From an uncultured Gammaproteobacteria bacterium (lineage in GTDB: Bacteria; Pseudomonadota; Gammaproteobacteria; Steroidobacterales; Steroidobacteraceae): a stretch of DNA of 64,000 nt. Positions within the stretch are counted from its first letter, which is position 1; every line of letters begins with the position of its first letter. Below are positions 19,155 to 29,804 of the stretch, piece by piece. The notes beneath the pieces are model-generated. The model had not been told where the DNA came from. It ran no database searches and was given only the letters and a program-made list of their open reading frames with translations. The position numbers and the translations under genes are program-made. The stretch covers positions 268,714 to 332,713 of the forward strand of contig CAVYNI010000004.1 in NCBI GenBank assembly GCA_963769815.1, in the 5' to 3' direction.

Positions 19155-21293
19155 ATGATGCCTCACGCGCGCGCGATGATCCTGTGCCGTTTCATACTCG
19201 GCCTCGCGAGCCTGGCAGCGCTGGCTGCACCCGCCTCGGCGAGAACCGCGCGCGCGGCTACGCCGCCGCAGTCCAAGCGAGTGGGCCGCATGATGCTCGA
19301 GCGCTGCGCGGCGGGGCCGGTCTACTGCGGCCGAATCGACCGTCCGCTCGACCCCACCGGCGCGATCGCCGGCCGGATCGCGATTTATTTCGAGTTCTAC
19401 CCGCACACATCGGCGGCCCCGTCCGAGGGGACGCTGGTCGCGACCGAGGGCGGCCCCGGCTATCCGGCCACCGAATCGCGGGCGGACTATCTGGCGTTGT
19501 TCGCGCCGTTTCGGACCTCACGCGACGTCGTGCTCATGGACAACCGCGGAACCGGCAAATCCGGCGCCATCGACTGTCCGCAGCTTCAGCGTGCGGACCG
19601 GTGGACGGTGGAGCTGGTGGGAGCGTGCGGCGCTTCCTTGGGTGAGCGCTCGGCCCTCTACAGCACGGCCTACGCCGCCGACGATCTGGCCGCCATCCTC
19701 GAGTCCCTCGGGACCGGACCGATCGATCTCTACGGCGACTCCTACGGCACGTACTTCGAGCAGGTGTTCGCGCTGCTGCATCCCGACGCCTTGCGCAGCG
19801 TGGTGCTCGACGGGGCCTATCCATTGGACGGTCCCGACTATGCGTGGTACCCGACCTATGCACCGGCGATGCGCGACAAGTTCGACATCGCCTGCCGCCG
19901 CTCAGCGACCTGTTCGCGCTTCCCCGGCAGCTCCGTGGCGCACGTCCAGCCGGTGCTCGAGCAGTTGCGCCGCGAGCCGTTCCCCGCGCGCGCCTTCGAC
20001 AGCGACGGCCAGGCGCGCACCTTCGAAGCCAATGCCGCGGAGCTCGCCATCGTCATGTTCGGCAGCGCCCCGCCCCTCGCGACCGTCAAGGAGGTCGATG
20101 CCGCGGCGCGCGCCTTCGAGCGCGGCGATCGGCAGCCGCTGCTGCGGCTCATGGCCGAGACCGCGAGCGGTGTCGATTCCAGGGACCCTGAGGCCGATCC
20201 GAAGCACTGGAGCGCCGGACTCGCCGCCGCTGTCATGTGCCAGGATCCGCCGCAGATCTTCGACATGCGCTTGGCGCCCATGGAGCGCCGAGCGCAGCGC
20301 GATCGTATCATCGCCGAACGGCGCCGCGCCTTTCCGAAAACCTACGCACCCTTCACCATCGACGAGTATCGGGCGATGCCGCTCGACTACAGCTTTATCG
20401 ATCAATGCGTCGATTGGCCGGTCGCACCCGCGAGCCACCCCGCCTCGCACGTCGTGCCCGCGACCGCACCGTATCCGGACGTGCCGGCGCTCATCGTCTC
20501 CGGAGAGCTCGACAACATGACCACGGTCGCGGACGGCGCCGCGGTCGCGCGCGCCTTTCCGCATGGCCGGCAAGTGATCGTTGCAAACAGCTTTCACGTC
20601 AATGCGCTGCCGCGGGCCCGCAGCCCGTGTGCCGCCGAGCTCGTGCGCCAGTTCATCAAGACCCACGAGGTCGGCGACACGCGCTGCGCCTCCGAAGTGC
20701 CGCCGGTGCGGCTGGTGCCGGGCTTTGCGACCAGCGCCCGCGATCTCGCCCCCGCGGAGGCTCTCCCGTCGAATACCGCCTCCGAGCTGCAACTGCGGTT
20801 CGCGAGCGCCGCCGTGCTCACTGCGGGCGATGTGGTGACGCGGCTTCGCATGAACTCGAGCGGCCACGGCGTGGGCCTTCGCGGCGGCCGCTTCACCATC
20901 GCCGCGCACGGCGGCATGCGGGTGATCGAACTGAATAAGGTGCGCTGGACGGAGGACCTCGCGGTATCGGGGATGATACGCAAAGCGCGCGGTCCTGCGG
21001 GCAACGTCCGTGCTCACCTCGTTCTCGCAGGGGCCGAACGGCTGTCGGGCGCGCTCGAGGTCGCATGGGACGACGATGCGGCGGTTGCGCCGCCTCCGGC
21101 GCGCCCGGCGCCGCCGCGGGCGCGCTCGCCGAAATTCGCGGCACGATGGCGGGGCGCGGGTGGCGGCGCGGATGCCCGCGCCCTGAAACGATCCCGGCCA
21201 GGATCTCTGCATGGCCGCGCACCGGGCATTTTTGCGCAATGCCAGCCGATTGACCGCATTGACAGCCCCGGCGCCGCGGCAGGTGATATATAG
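19155..21293 (+). CDS. Secreted alpha/beta hydrolase (TAP-like/prolyl-aminopeptidase-like fold); C-terminus uncertain
   Basis: Real part of ORF 17652..21293, starting at ATG 19155. Signal peptide MMPHARAMILCRFILGLASLAALAAPASA. Nucleophile elbow LYGDSYGTYF and the block MDNRGTGKSG. After ...LEVAWDDDAAVA the frame becomes Arg/Pro-rich. Other frames read ...ALAEIRGTMAGRG and VAARMPAP stop (TGA 21184..21186), so one or two 3' frame breaks are possible. Confidence 0.7.
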   Translation: MMPHARAMILCRFILGLASLAALAAPASARTARAATPPQSKRVGRMMLERCAAGPVYCGRIDRPLDPTGAIAGRIAIYFEFYPHTSAAPSEGTLVATEGGPGYPATESRADYLALFAPFRTSRDVVLMDNRGTGKSGAIDCPQLQRADRWTVELVGACGASLGERSALYSTAYAADDLAAILESLGTGPIDLYGDSYGTYFEQVFALLHPDALRSVVLDGAYPLDGPDYAWYPTYAPAMRDKFDIACRRSATCSRFPGSSVAHVQPVLEQLRREPFPARAFDSDGQARTFEANAAELAIVMFGSAPPLATVKEVDAAARAFERGDRQPLLRLMAETASGVDSRDPEADPKHWSAGLAAAVMCQDPPQIFDMRLAPMERRAQRDRIIAERRRAFPKTYAPFTIDEYRAMPLDYSFIDQCVDWPVAPASHPASHVVPATAPYPDVPALIVSGELDNMTTVADGAAVARAFPHGRQVIVANSFHVNALPRARSPCAAELVRQFIKTHEVGDTRCASEVPPVRLVPGFATSARDLAPAEALPSNTASELQLRFASAAVLTAGDVVTRLRMNSSGHGVGLRGGRFTIAAHGGMRVIELNKVRWTEDLAVSGMIRKARGPAGNVRAHLVLAGAERLSGALEVAWDDDAAVAPPPARPAPPRARSPKFAARWRGAGGGADARALKRSRPGSLHGRAPGIFAQCQPIDRIDSPGAAAGDI

Positions 21294-21520
21294 CTGAAGC
21301 GGAATTGCTACCCACTCAAGCCATGAAGAGCATCGACCGGTAAGGGCAGTCGGCCGCTTCGGGCCTTGATCCCTTCGACCACACCCGCGCCGTCCGGCCT
21401 CCCGCGGGTAGCGAATTTTAGTCCAGCTGAATCCCGGTGGTGGCGCTCGGCGACTTGAGGCTGCGCGGGCGCCGGCTTCTACGCGGCCCCGCCCGGCAGG
21501 GCTCGCGGCGCTTGCCTCGG

Positions 21521-22538
21521 TCATTGCGCGGGTCTCGCCGATTTTGCGCTCCGCGCTCGGCGGATAGCCGTATTGATTGCGATAGCACTTGGAGAAGTGC
21601 GGCGGTGACTGAAAACCGCACGCGGCCGTGATATCCATGATCGGCATCGCCGTCTGCAGCAAGAGCTCGCGGGCGCGGCGCAGACGCATCTCGAGGTAAT
21701 ATCGCTTCGGCACGCAATTGAGGTCGCGTTTGAAGAGCCGCTCGATCTGACGGCGCGAGAGTCCCGTGGTGCGGGCGATCTTCTCGAGCGACAGCGGCTT
21801 CTCGATGTTTTCTTCCATGAGCTGGGCCACGCGAATGAGTCCGCGATGAGAGACGCCCACCCGGGCGCGCAGCGGAATGTACTGGCGGTCCTTGTCCTTG
21901 CGGACCCGGTCGACGATGAATTGCTCGGAAACGCGCTGCGAGACGCGCGAGCCGAGCTTCGCCTCGATGAGATTCAGCATCAAATCGAGCGGCGCCGTGC
22001 CGCCCGAGCAGGTAAACCGATTGCGATCGATGGTGAAGAGCTGATCGCTGATCAGCACGCGGGGAAATTCCTCGCGCAGCGCCGAGATGTTCTCCCAGTG
22101 GATGGTCGCGCGGTAGTTGTCGAGAAGTCCTGCACGTGCGAGCGCATAACCGCCCGTGCACAGCGCGCCGAGCGCGACGCGGCGGTCGGCCATGCGCCGC
22201 AACGCCATGAGCAGCGCCGGGGAGACGGCCTCGCGGATATTCACCCCGCCGCAGACGAACAGAATGTCGATGGGCTCGAGCTTGTCGAGCATCGCGGTCG
22301 GGTCGAGCTTCAGTCCGCCGCTCGACTCGGTCGGTGAGCCATCGAGACTGATGACCGACCATTCATAGACGTCCTTGCCGACCAGACGATTCGCCATCCG
22401 CAGAGGCTCGATGGCATTGGCGACGGCGATGAGGGAATAGTTCGCGAGCGTGAGGAACGCGTACTTGCACTTGCGCAAAACGGCCGGCGATTCCAAGCAA
22501 ATCTCCCGAAAGCCGGAATCCCACCCGGCAGGCGCCAT
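21521..22538 (-). CDS. GlxA-family (DJ-1/PfpI-like domain + AraC HTH) transcriptional regulator, GbdR/CdhR-like; the natural stop appears lost
   Basis: ATG 22538 (MAPAGWDSGF...KYAFLTLANYSLIAVANAIEPLRMANRL...). The C-terminal AraC HTH ends ...GFQSPPHFSKCYRNQYGYPPSAERKIGETRA. The frame then runs on for more than 500 codons, antisense to the hydrolase gene (ORF 19902..22610). A TGA one nucleotide out of frame sits at 21523..21521 (gcaATGAcc). Confidence 0.75.
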
Positions 22539-22571
22539 TATGCCACCAGGGCAGGCCGAAAGTTCTATTTC

Positions 22572-22586
22572 CGACACATTGTGTCG
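22572..22586. promoter_or_regulatory. Perfect 7-1-7 palindrome CGACACA-T-TGTGTCG followed by TTTTT, in the divergent regulator/DMGDH-like intergenic region
   Basis: Read directly at 22572..22586, with a T-run at 22587..22591. It lies between ATG 22538 (minus strand) and ATG 22755 (plus strand). It is a candidate operator. Confidence 0.3.
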
Positions 22587-22754
22587 TTTTTCAGACAGCG
22601 CGCCGCCCAAGAAGGTCCCCGCGGACGCGTGCGGCGGATCGGCTCGGGGGCGCCGGCCGGGTGGCGCATTTGCGCAAGTGCTTGTCGCTATTAGCGTCTT
22701 GTTTGCGTGGGCGCTCGCTACACTGCGGTGCGCATTCGCAGTCGGGGATCGTCA

Positions 22755-25211
22755 ATGAAAACTCATGCCCGCGTCGTGGTGATCGGTGGCGGCGTCGTCG
22801 GCGTCAGCACGCTCTACCATCTCGCCCATAAAGGCTGGTCGGACGCGGTGCTCCTGGAGCGCTCCGAATTGACCGCCGGATCGACCTGGCATGCTGCCGG
22901 TCTTCTGCCGCTGTTCAACATGAGCTACACGGTCGGGCAGCTCCACAAATATTCGGTGGATCTGTACAAGCGCTTGCCCGCCGAGACCGGCCAGGACGTG
23001 AGCTTCCACGTGACCGGGAATCTGCGCCTCGCCACGTGCCGTGAGCGCATGGACGAATATCAGAAGTATTGCGGGACCGCGAACACCATCGGCGTGCCGT
23101 TTCAGATCATCACGCCCCAAGAGGTCAAGAAACTCTGGCCGCTGGTCGGAGATCGGCAACGGCGGCGACACGCCGAACATCATCGGCGCGCTCTACCATC
23201 CCGACGACGGCCACATCGCCCCGGCCGATCTCACCATGGCGCTGCGCAAGGGCGCGCGTACCCTCGGGGCGGAAATCTACGAGCAGACCGAAGTAACCGG
23301 CGTGAAACGCACAGCGTCGGGCGAGTGGCAGCTCACGACCAACAAAGGCGACATCGTTGCGGAGCATGTGGTGTGCGCCACGGGAAACTACGCCCGTCAG
23401 ATGGGGCGGCTGTTCGGCTTGAACATTCCCTCCATCCCGGTGGAGCACCAATACATCGTTTACGATGAGTCTCCGGACCTCAAATCTTACCGCAAGGGCG
23501 GCGGGCGGGAGCTCGCCGTGCTGCGCGAGTCGGACCAGTCGTATTACCTGCGCGAGGAGCGCATGGGATGGATCCTGGGCCCGTACGAGGCCGGAGCTCC
23601 GGCGCGATTCGCGGACGGCGTGCCCGATTGGTTCGGCAAGAGTCTCTTCGAAGGCGATCTCGAGCGTCTGCTTCCGCACGTGGAAGCGGCGCAGCGACGC
23701 GTGCCCTCCCTCGCCACGTGCGGCATCAAGGACATCGTGAACGGGCCCATCCCGTACTCGCCGGACGGCAGTCCCCTCATCGGGCCGGCGTGGGGCGTGC
23801 GGAATCTCTGGATGAACGAGGGCCACAGCTTCGGCATCACTGCGGCGGGCGGGTCGGGCTGGCAACTGGCGGAATGGATCGTCGAGGGCGAGCCGGGCAT
23901 CGACATGATGGCGGTCGATCCGCGCCGCTATGGCCCTTACACCAGCAAGCGCTATGTGGTCCAGAAGAACGAGGAGACATATCGCAACGTCTTCGTCATC
24001 CACTTTCCCGACGAAGAGCGGCCGATGCGCGGCCGGCCAAGACGAGTCCGGTCTATGACAAGCTCAAGCGCATGGGCGCCGTGTTCGGCCAGCGTTATGG
24101 CTGGGAGCGCGCCAATTGGTTCGCGCCCCCGGGGGTCGAGGCCAAGGATAAGTGGAGCTTCCGGCGCTCGAACTACTTCGAGCATGTCGGCCGCGAGGCG
24201 TTGAACCTGCGGCGACACGTGGGCGTGATCGATCTGACGCCGTTCACCAAGCACGAGGTCACGGGACCCGGGGCCGAAGCGTGGCTCGATGGTCTCGTCG
24301 CCAACAAGGTGCCGAGCAAGATCGGCCGCATGGCGCTCTCCCATGCGCTGACGCGTCGCGGCGGCATCCGCTCCGAGTTCACCATCACGAAGATCGCCGA
24401 GGAGCATTTCTACGTGGTGAGCGCGGGCGCGGCAGAACGCTACGACAGCGATTACTTGGTCAGCATGCTGCCGAAAGACGGCGTGACGTTGCGCAACATC
24501 ACGGCAAGCCGCGGCTGCTTCGTGGTCGCGGGGCCGCGCTCGCGCGACGTGCTCTCCAAGCTCGTCGACGCGCCGCTCGACAATGCCGCGTTCCCTGGCT
24601 CACCGGCCAGGTGGCCGAGGTCGGTCTCGCGACCGATGTCTATCTGTTGCGCGTCAACTTTGTCGGGGCGCTCGGCTGGGAGCTGCACTTCCCGATCGAG
24701 TACGCCCATCATTTGTTCGACGCGATCTTCGAGGTCAGGTGCCGAGCACCACATCTCCATGGTCGGCATGCGAGCCATGGAATCGCTGCGCCTGGAGAAA
24801 TCCTATCGCATGTGGGGCACGGACCTGACGCCCGACTACACGCCCTACGAGGCGGGTCTCGACCGCTTCGTGCGGCTGAACAAGGGACCTTTCGTCGGCA
24901 AAGAGGCCTTGCAGCAGCAGCTTGGCGAAGGCGTGCCGAACCGGTTCGTGACCTTCGAGGTGCATGGCGTCAAAGACGCGGATCCGCTGGGCAATGAGCC
25001 GCTGTTCGACGCCAAAGGCCGCCTCGTCGGTCGGGCAACAGCGGGCTATTACGGCCACGCCCTGCGCAAGAGTCTCGGCTTGGGATACATCAAGCCCGAG
25101 TTCGCGAGCGTGGGCACGGAGTTCCAGATCGAGATTCTGGGCGAGCGCAAGGCCGCCACGGTGCTCATCGATTCTCCTTACGACCCGGAGAACAAGGAGC
25201 TGCGGGCCTGA
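22755..25211 (+). pseudogene. Dimethylglycine/sarcosine dehydrogenase-type enzyme (FAD domain + GcvT folate domain); 4 frame breaks (near 23148, 24030, 24595, 24737)
   Basis: MKTHARVVVIGGGVVGVSTLYHLAHKGW... / EIGNGGDTPNIIGALYHPDDGHIAPADLT...IHFPDEERP / ARPAKTSPVYDKLKRMGAVFGQRYGWERANWF...DNAAFP / WLTGQVAEVGLATDVYLLRVNFVGALGWELHFPIEY...IFE / GAEHHISMVGMRAMESLRLEKSYRMWG...YDPENKELRA stop. It is colinear over about 818 codons when the frames are joined. Confidence 0.85.
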
Positions 25212-25241
25212 CCGGGTCACGCTGACCGAGGCCCCACCGTC

Positions 25242-26506
25242 ATGAGCCGGCAAGCGTTCTCCGCCTTCGCGCTCATCCAGCGCGGCCTTTCGGGTCATCG
25301 CAGCTGGCAGCCGCAATGGCGCAAAGCCTCGCCGAAGCCGAGCTATGATGCCGCTCATCGTCGGCGGCGGCGGTCACGGTCTCGGGGACCGCCTATTATC
25401 TGGCGAAGGAGCACGGTCTCGCCAATATCGCGGTGCTCGAGAAAGGCTGGATCGGCGGCGGCAATACCGGCCGCAACACCACCATCATCCGTTCCAACTA
25501 TCTCTTCGACGAAAGCGCCGCGCTGTATGACCACGCGGTCAAGCTCTGGGAGGATCTCTCCCAGGTCTTGAATTACAACGTCATGTTCTCCCCACGCGGC
25601 GTGATGATGCTCGCCCACACGGTGCACGACATTCAGGTCTTCAAGCGCCACGTCCACGCGAACCGCTGCAACGGCGTCGACAACGAATGGCTCGAGCCGG
25701 AGCAGGCCAAGGCGTTCTGCCCCCCCCTCAACATTCGAGAAGCAACATCCGCTATCCGGTGCTCGGCGCGGCGCTGCAGCGCCGCGGCGGCACCGCGCGC
25801 CACGATGCCGTGGCCTGGGGCTATGCGCGCGCCGCCGATGCGCTCGGCGTCGACATCATCGAGAACTGCGAGGTGACCGGCATCCGCAAGGACGCAAGCG
25901 GCGCGGTCGAAGCGGTCGAGACGACGCGTGGCCTCATTCGCACGCGCAAGGTCGGCGTGTCCGCCGCGGGCTCGACGAGCGTCGTAATGAAGCTAGCAGG
26001 GGTGCGCCTGCCGCTCGAGAGCTATCCGCTGCAGGCCCTCGTCTCCGAGCCGGTGAAGCCGATTTTTCCCTTGCGTCGTGATGTCGAACACGATTCACGC
26101 CTACATCAGCCAGTCGGACAAGGGCGAGCTGGTGATCGGCGCGGGCACGGATGCGTACACCTCGTATACGCAGCGCGGCGCCTTGCACGTGAATACGCAC
26201 ACCCTGGATGCGATCTGCGAGCTGTTCCCGCAATTCCGGCGGCTGCGGATGCTGCGCAACTGGGGCGGCATCGTCGATGTCACGCCCGACCGCTCTCCGA
26301 TCATCGCCAAGACCCCCGTGCCGGGGCTTTACGTCAACTGCGGATGGGGCACGGGCGGATTCAAGGCAACACCGGGCTCGGCGCATGTGTTTGCGTGGAC
26401 GATTGCCCGCGATGAGCCTCATCCCATCAACGCGCCTTTCACCATCGAGCGCTTTCGCGACGGCTTCCTGATCGATGAGGCCGCAGCCGCGGCCGTGGCC
26501 CACTGA
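25242..26506 (+). pseudogene. soxB: Sarcosine oxidase beta subunit, operon 2; 4 frame breaks (near 25352, 25385, 25735, 26063)
   Basis: [37 protein letters not shown] / [10 protein letters not shown] / [41 protein letters not shown]...CPPLNI / [31 protein letters not shown]...SEPVKPIFP / [23 protein letters not shown]...[11 protein letters not shown]...AAAAVAH stop. The stop overlaps the soxD ATG (TGATG). Confidence 0.85.
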
Positions 26507-26805
26507 TGCTCCTCATCGCCTGCCCCTACTGCGGCGAACGCCCCGAGCTCGAGTTCGCTTACGGGGGCCAAGCGCACATCGCGCGACCTGCGCGACCGGC
26601 CGAGCTCGACGATGCGGCATGGAGCGAATTTCTCTACATGCGCGAGAACACCAAGGGCATCCACGCCGAGCGCTGGCGGCATGCGCGCGGCTGCGGGCGG
26701 TTTTTCAATGCGCTGCGCGATACGACCACCGACCGCATCCTCGCCACCTACGAGACCGGCAAGCCTCGGCCGTCGCTCGAGGAAATGCAGGAACGCTCAC
26801 CGTGA
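26506..26805 (+). CDS. soxD: Sarcosine oxidase delta subunit, operon 2
   Basis: 99 aa: MLLIACPYCGERPELEFAYGGQAHIARP...AERWRHARGCGRFFNALRDTTTDRI. Confidence 0.9.
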   Translation: MLLIACPYCGERPELEFAYGGQAHIARPARPAELDDAAWSEFLYMRENTKGIHAERWRHARGCGRFFNALRDTTTDRILATYETGKPRPSLEEMQERSP

Positions 26806-29804
26806 GTTTTCGTACGTGCGGCGCACGGGCGAATCGACCGCAGCCGGCCGCTGCGCTTCACGTTCGATGGCCGCTCGTATGAAGGCTTCGCCGGCGATAC
26901 GCTCGCATCGGCGCTGCTTGCCAACGGCGTGCACCTCATGGGCCGCTCGTTCAAGTATCACCGACCGCGCGGCATTCTCGGTGCCGGATCCGAGGAGCCG
27001 AATGCCCTGGTGACGGTGACGCGCGACGAGGCGCGCCGGACACCGAATCTGCGTGCGACGCAGGTCGAGCTCTACGACGGCCTGGCGGCGCACAGCCAGA
27101 ACCGCTGGCCCGAGTCTTCGGACCGACGTCGGCCGCGTCAACGATTGGCTGTCGCGCTTCTTCCCCGCCGGCTTTTACTACAAGACATTCATGTGGCCGC
27201 GCAAGGCGTGGAAGGCGCTGTATGAGCCCCTCATCCGGCGCGCCGCGGGCCTCGGCGTCGCCCCGACCCGCCCCGACCCGGACCGCTACGCGCAGCGCTA
27301 CGCGCATTGCGAGGTGCTCGTGGTGGGCGGCGGACCCGCGGGCCTTGCCGCAGCACTCGCTGCGGCCGCAACCGGTGTACGCGTCATGCTGTGCGACGAG
27401 TCTTCCGAATTCGGCGGAAGCCTCCTCGGCGATGGTGCGGCACGAATCGAGGGCATCGCGGGGACCGAATGGGTGCAGCGTTCGCTCGCCGTGCTGCGCG
27501 CGAGTCCCGCGCGTGACGCTGCTGCCTCGTACCACGGCGTTCGGCTATTTTCCGCACAATATGCTCGGCTTGAGCGAGCGCATCACGGATCATCTGGCGG
27601 ACCCGCCCGCGCATCTGCCGCGCGAGCGCCTGTGGCAAGTGCGTGCCCGGCGGGTGGTGCTCGCCACCGGCTCGATCGAGCGTCCGCTGGTGTTTCCGGG
27701 CAATGACCGGCCGGGCATCTTGCTCGCGGGCGCGGCACAGACCTACCTCAACCGCTACGGAGCGCAAGTCGGGCGTCGCGTCGTGATCGTCACGACCGAT
27801 GACGCCGCGTATCAGGCCGCCCTCGACCTGCACACGGCCGGAACGGTCGTCGCGGCCATCGCCGATCTGCGCACGGATCCGGCGGGTGAATTACCGCAGG
27901 CGGCCCGCCGCGCTGGGCTGCCCGTGCTGCCGGGAACCACGGTCGAGGCGACGGAAGGCAACCTGAGACTGAGCGCGGTCACCTTGGCCCCCACCGGGAG
28001 CGGTACCAGTCGTGGATCGCAGCGCTTCGAATGCGATGCGCTGCTCATGTCGGGCGGATTCACGCCGAGCGTGCACCTGTTCTCGCAATCGCGCGGCAAG
28101 CTTGCATGGGACGAGGCGCTGCAGGCATTCGTGCCGCGGGAGTCCGCCGAGAATGAGCGGTCGGCCGGCGCGTGCCGCGGCCTCATGGACCTGGCGGAGG
28201 CCATGGCAGACGGCGCTGCCGCGGGCGCCGCCGCGGCGGGAATCGCGAGCGCGGCGGATGGCTCGAATCGGCCGGCGCTGCGCTTCGAGGTCGAGGCCGC
28301 GAGCCGCCATGCCGGCGCCCACTTGGGCGCCCTCCCCGCGGCTGCGCCAAGCCATCAGAAGTCCTTCGTCGACTGGCAGCACGATGTCACGACGCGCGAC
28401 GTGAAGCTCGCGGCGCGCGAAGGCTTTCAGTCGATCGAGCACGTCAAGCGCTATACCACCACCGGCATGGCGACCGATCAAGGCAAGACCTCGAACATGA
28501 ATGCCCTCGCCATCGTCGCGCAAGACCTGGCGAGCTCCATCCCGCGGGTCGGTCTTACCACCTTTCGCGCCCCGTACACGCCGACGACGTTCGGCACATT
28601 CGCCGGCATCTCGCGCGGCGATCTGTTCGATCCGAAACGTACGACGCCGACGCACGCGTGGGCGGAGGCTCAAGGCGCCGTGTTCGAGAATGTCGGCCTG
28701 TGGATGCGCGCGCGTTATTTTCCCCGCGCGGGCGAGGATATGCACGCGGCGGTCGCGCGCGAATGCCTCGCGGTGCGCAGCGCCTGCGGCATCTTCGACG
28801 CCTCCACGCTCGGCAAGATCGAGGTGGTCGGCGCGGATGCCGCGGAGTTCATGAACCGGCTCTACCTCAACAGCTGGACGGGGCTCGCGCCCGGCCGCGC
28901 CCGCTACGGCATCCTGTGCCGCGACGATGGCTTCATCTACGACGATGGCGTGGTTGCACGCCTCGCTGCCGATCGCTTCCACGTGACGACGACCACCGGC
29001 GGTGCACCGCGCGTGCTCGCCCTCATGGAAGATTACCGGCAGACCGAATGGCCCGATCTCAAGGTGTGGCTCACCTCCACCACCGAGCAATGGGCCGTGA
29101 TCGCGGTCCAGGGGCCCCAGGCGCGCCGGGTCCTCGAGCCGCTCGTCTCGGACGTCGACTTGAGCGCGGCCGCCCTGCCCCACATGGGCGTCGCGCGCGG
29201 CCGGATCGCGGGCGTGCCGATGCTACTGTTCCGCGTGAGCTTCACGGGCGAGCTCGGCTTCGAAATCAACGTCCCCGCCGATTATGGCGCCGCCGTGTGG
29301 GAGCGCGTACACGCCGCCGGACAGGCGCACGGCATGGTGGCGTACGGCACCGAAACCATGCACGTGCTGCGCGCGGAAAAGGGCTACATCATCGTGGGTC
29401 AGGATACCGACGGCACGGTTACGCCGGACGATGCAGGCCTCTCCTGGGCGGTCGGCAAGAACAAGGCGGACTTCGTGGGCAAGCGCTCGCTCGAGCGGCC
29501 ATCGATGAGGGCCGCGAACCGCAAACAGCTCGTCGGGCTGCGGGCGCGCGGCGGCGCCTTGCTCGAAGAGGGCGCGCAAGTCACGGCGAGTCCGGGCCAA
29601 AAGCCGCCCATGAAATTAATCGGGCACGTGACTTCCGCGTACTTCAGCAGCGTACACAAGACGCCGATCGCGCTGGCCCTGGTCGCCGGCGGCAGAGCGC
29701 TCATGGGTCAGACGCTTTACGTGCCCATGCCGGACGGCGACATCGAGGTCGAAGTCACCTCGCCCGTTTTCTATGACCCGAAGGGAGAGCGGTTGAATGG
29801 CTGA
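26802..29804 (+). pseudogene. soxA: Sarcosine oxidase alpha subunit, operon 2; about 3 frame breaks in the first ~700 nt (near 26820, 27107, 27503)
   Basis: A GTG at 26802 overlaps the soxD stop (GTGA). VSFRT... / GRIDRSRPLRFTFDGRSYEGFAGDTLASALLANGVHLMGRSFKYHRPRGI...HSQNRWP / SLRTDVGRVNDWLSRFFPAGFYYKTFMWP...EVLVVGGGPAGLAAAL...VLRASP / RVTLLPRTTAFGYFPHNML... It is then intact through to ...VTSPVFYDPKGERLNG stop. Confidence 0.85.

Noticed and set aside
17652-22610. 1213-aa ORF 17652..21293 and 902-aa ORF 19902..22610 as giant proteins
   Set aside because: Each is a real gene (the hydrolase from 19155; the regulator down to about 21521) extended through the antisense strand of its neighbour. 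The extensions have no motifs and show biased low-complexity composition.
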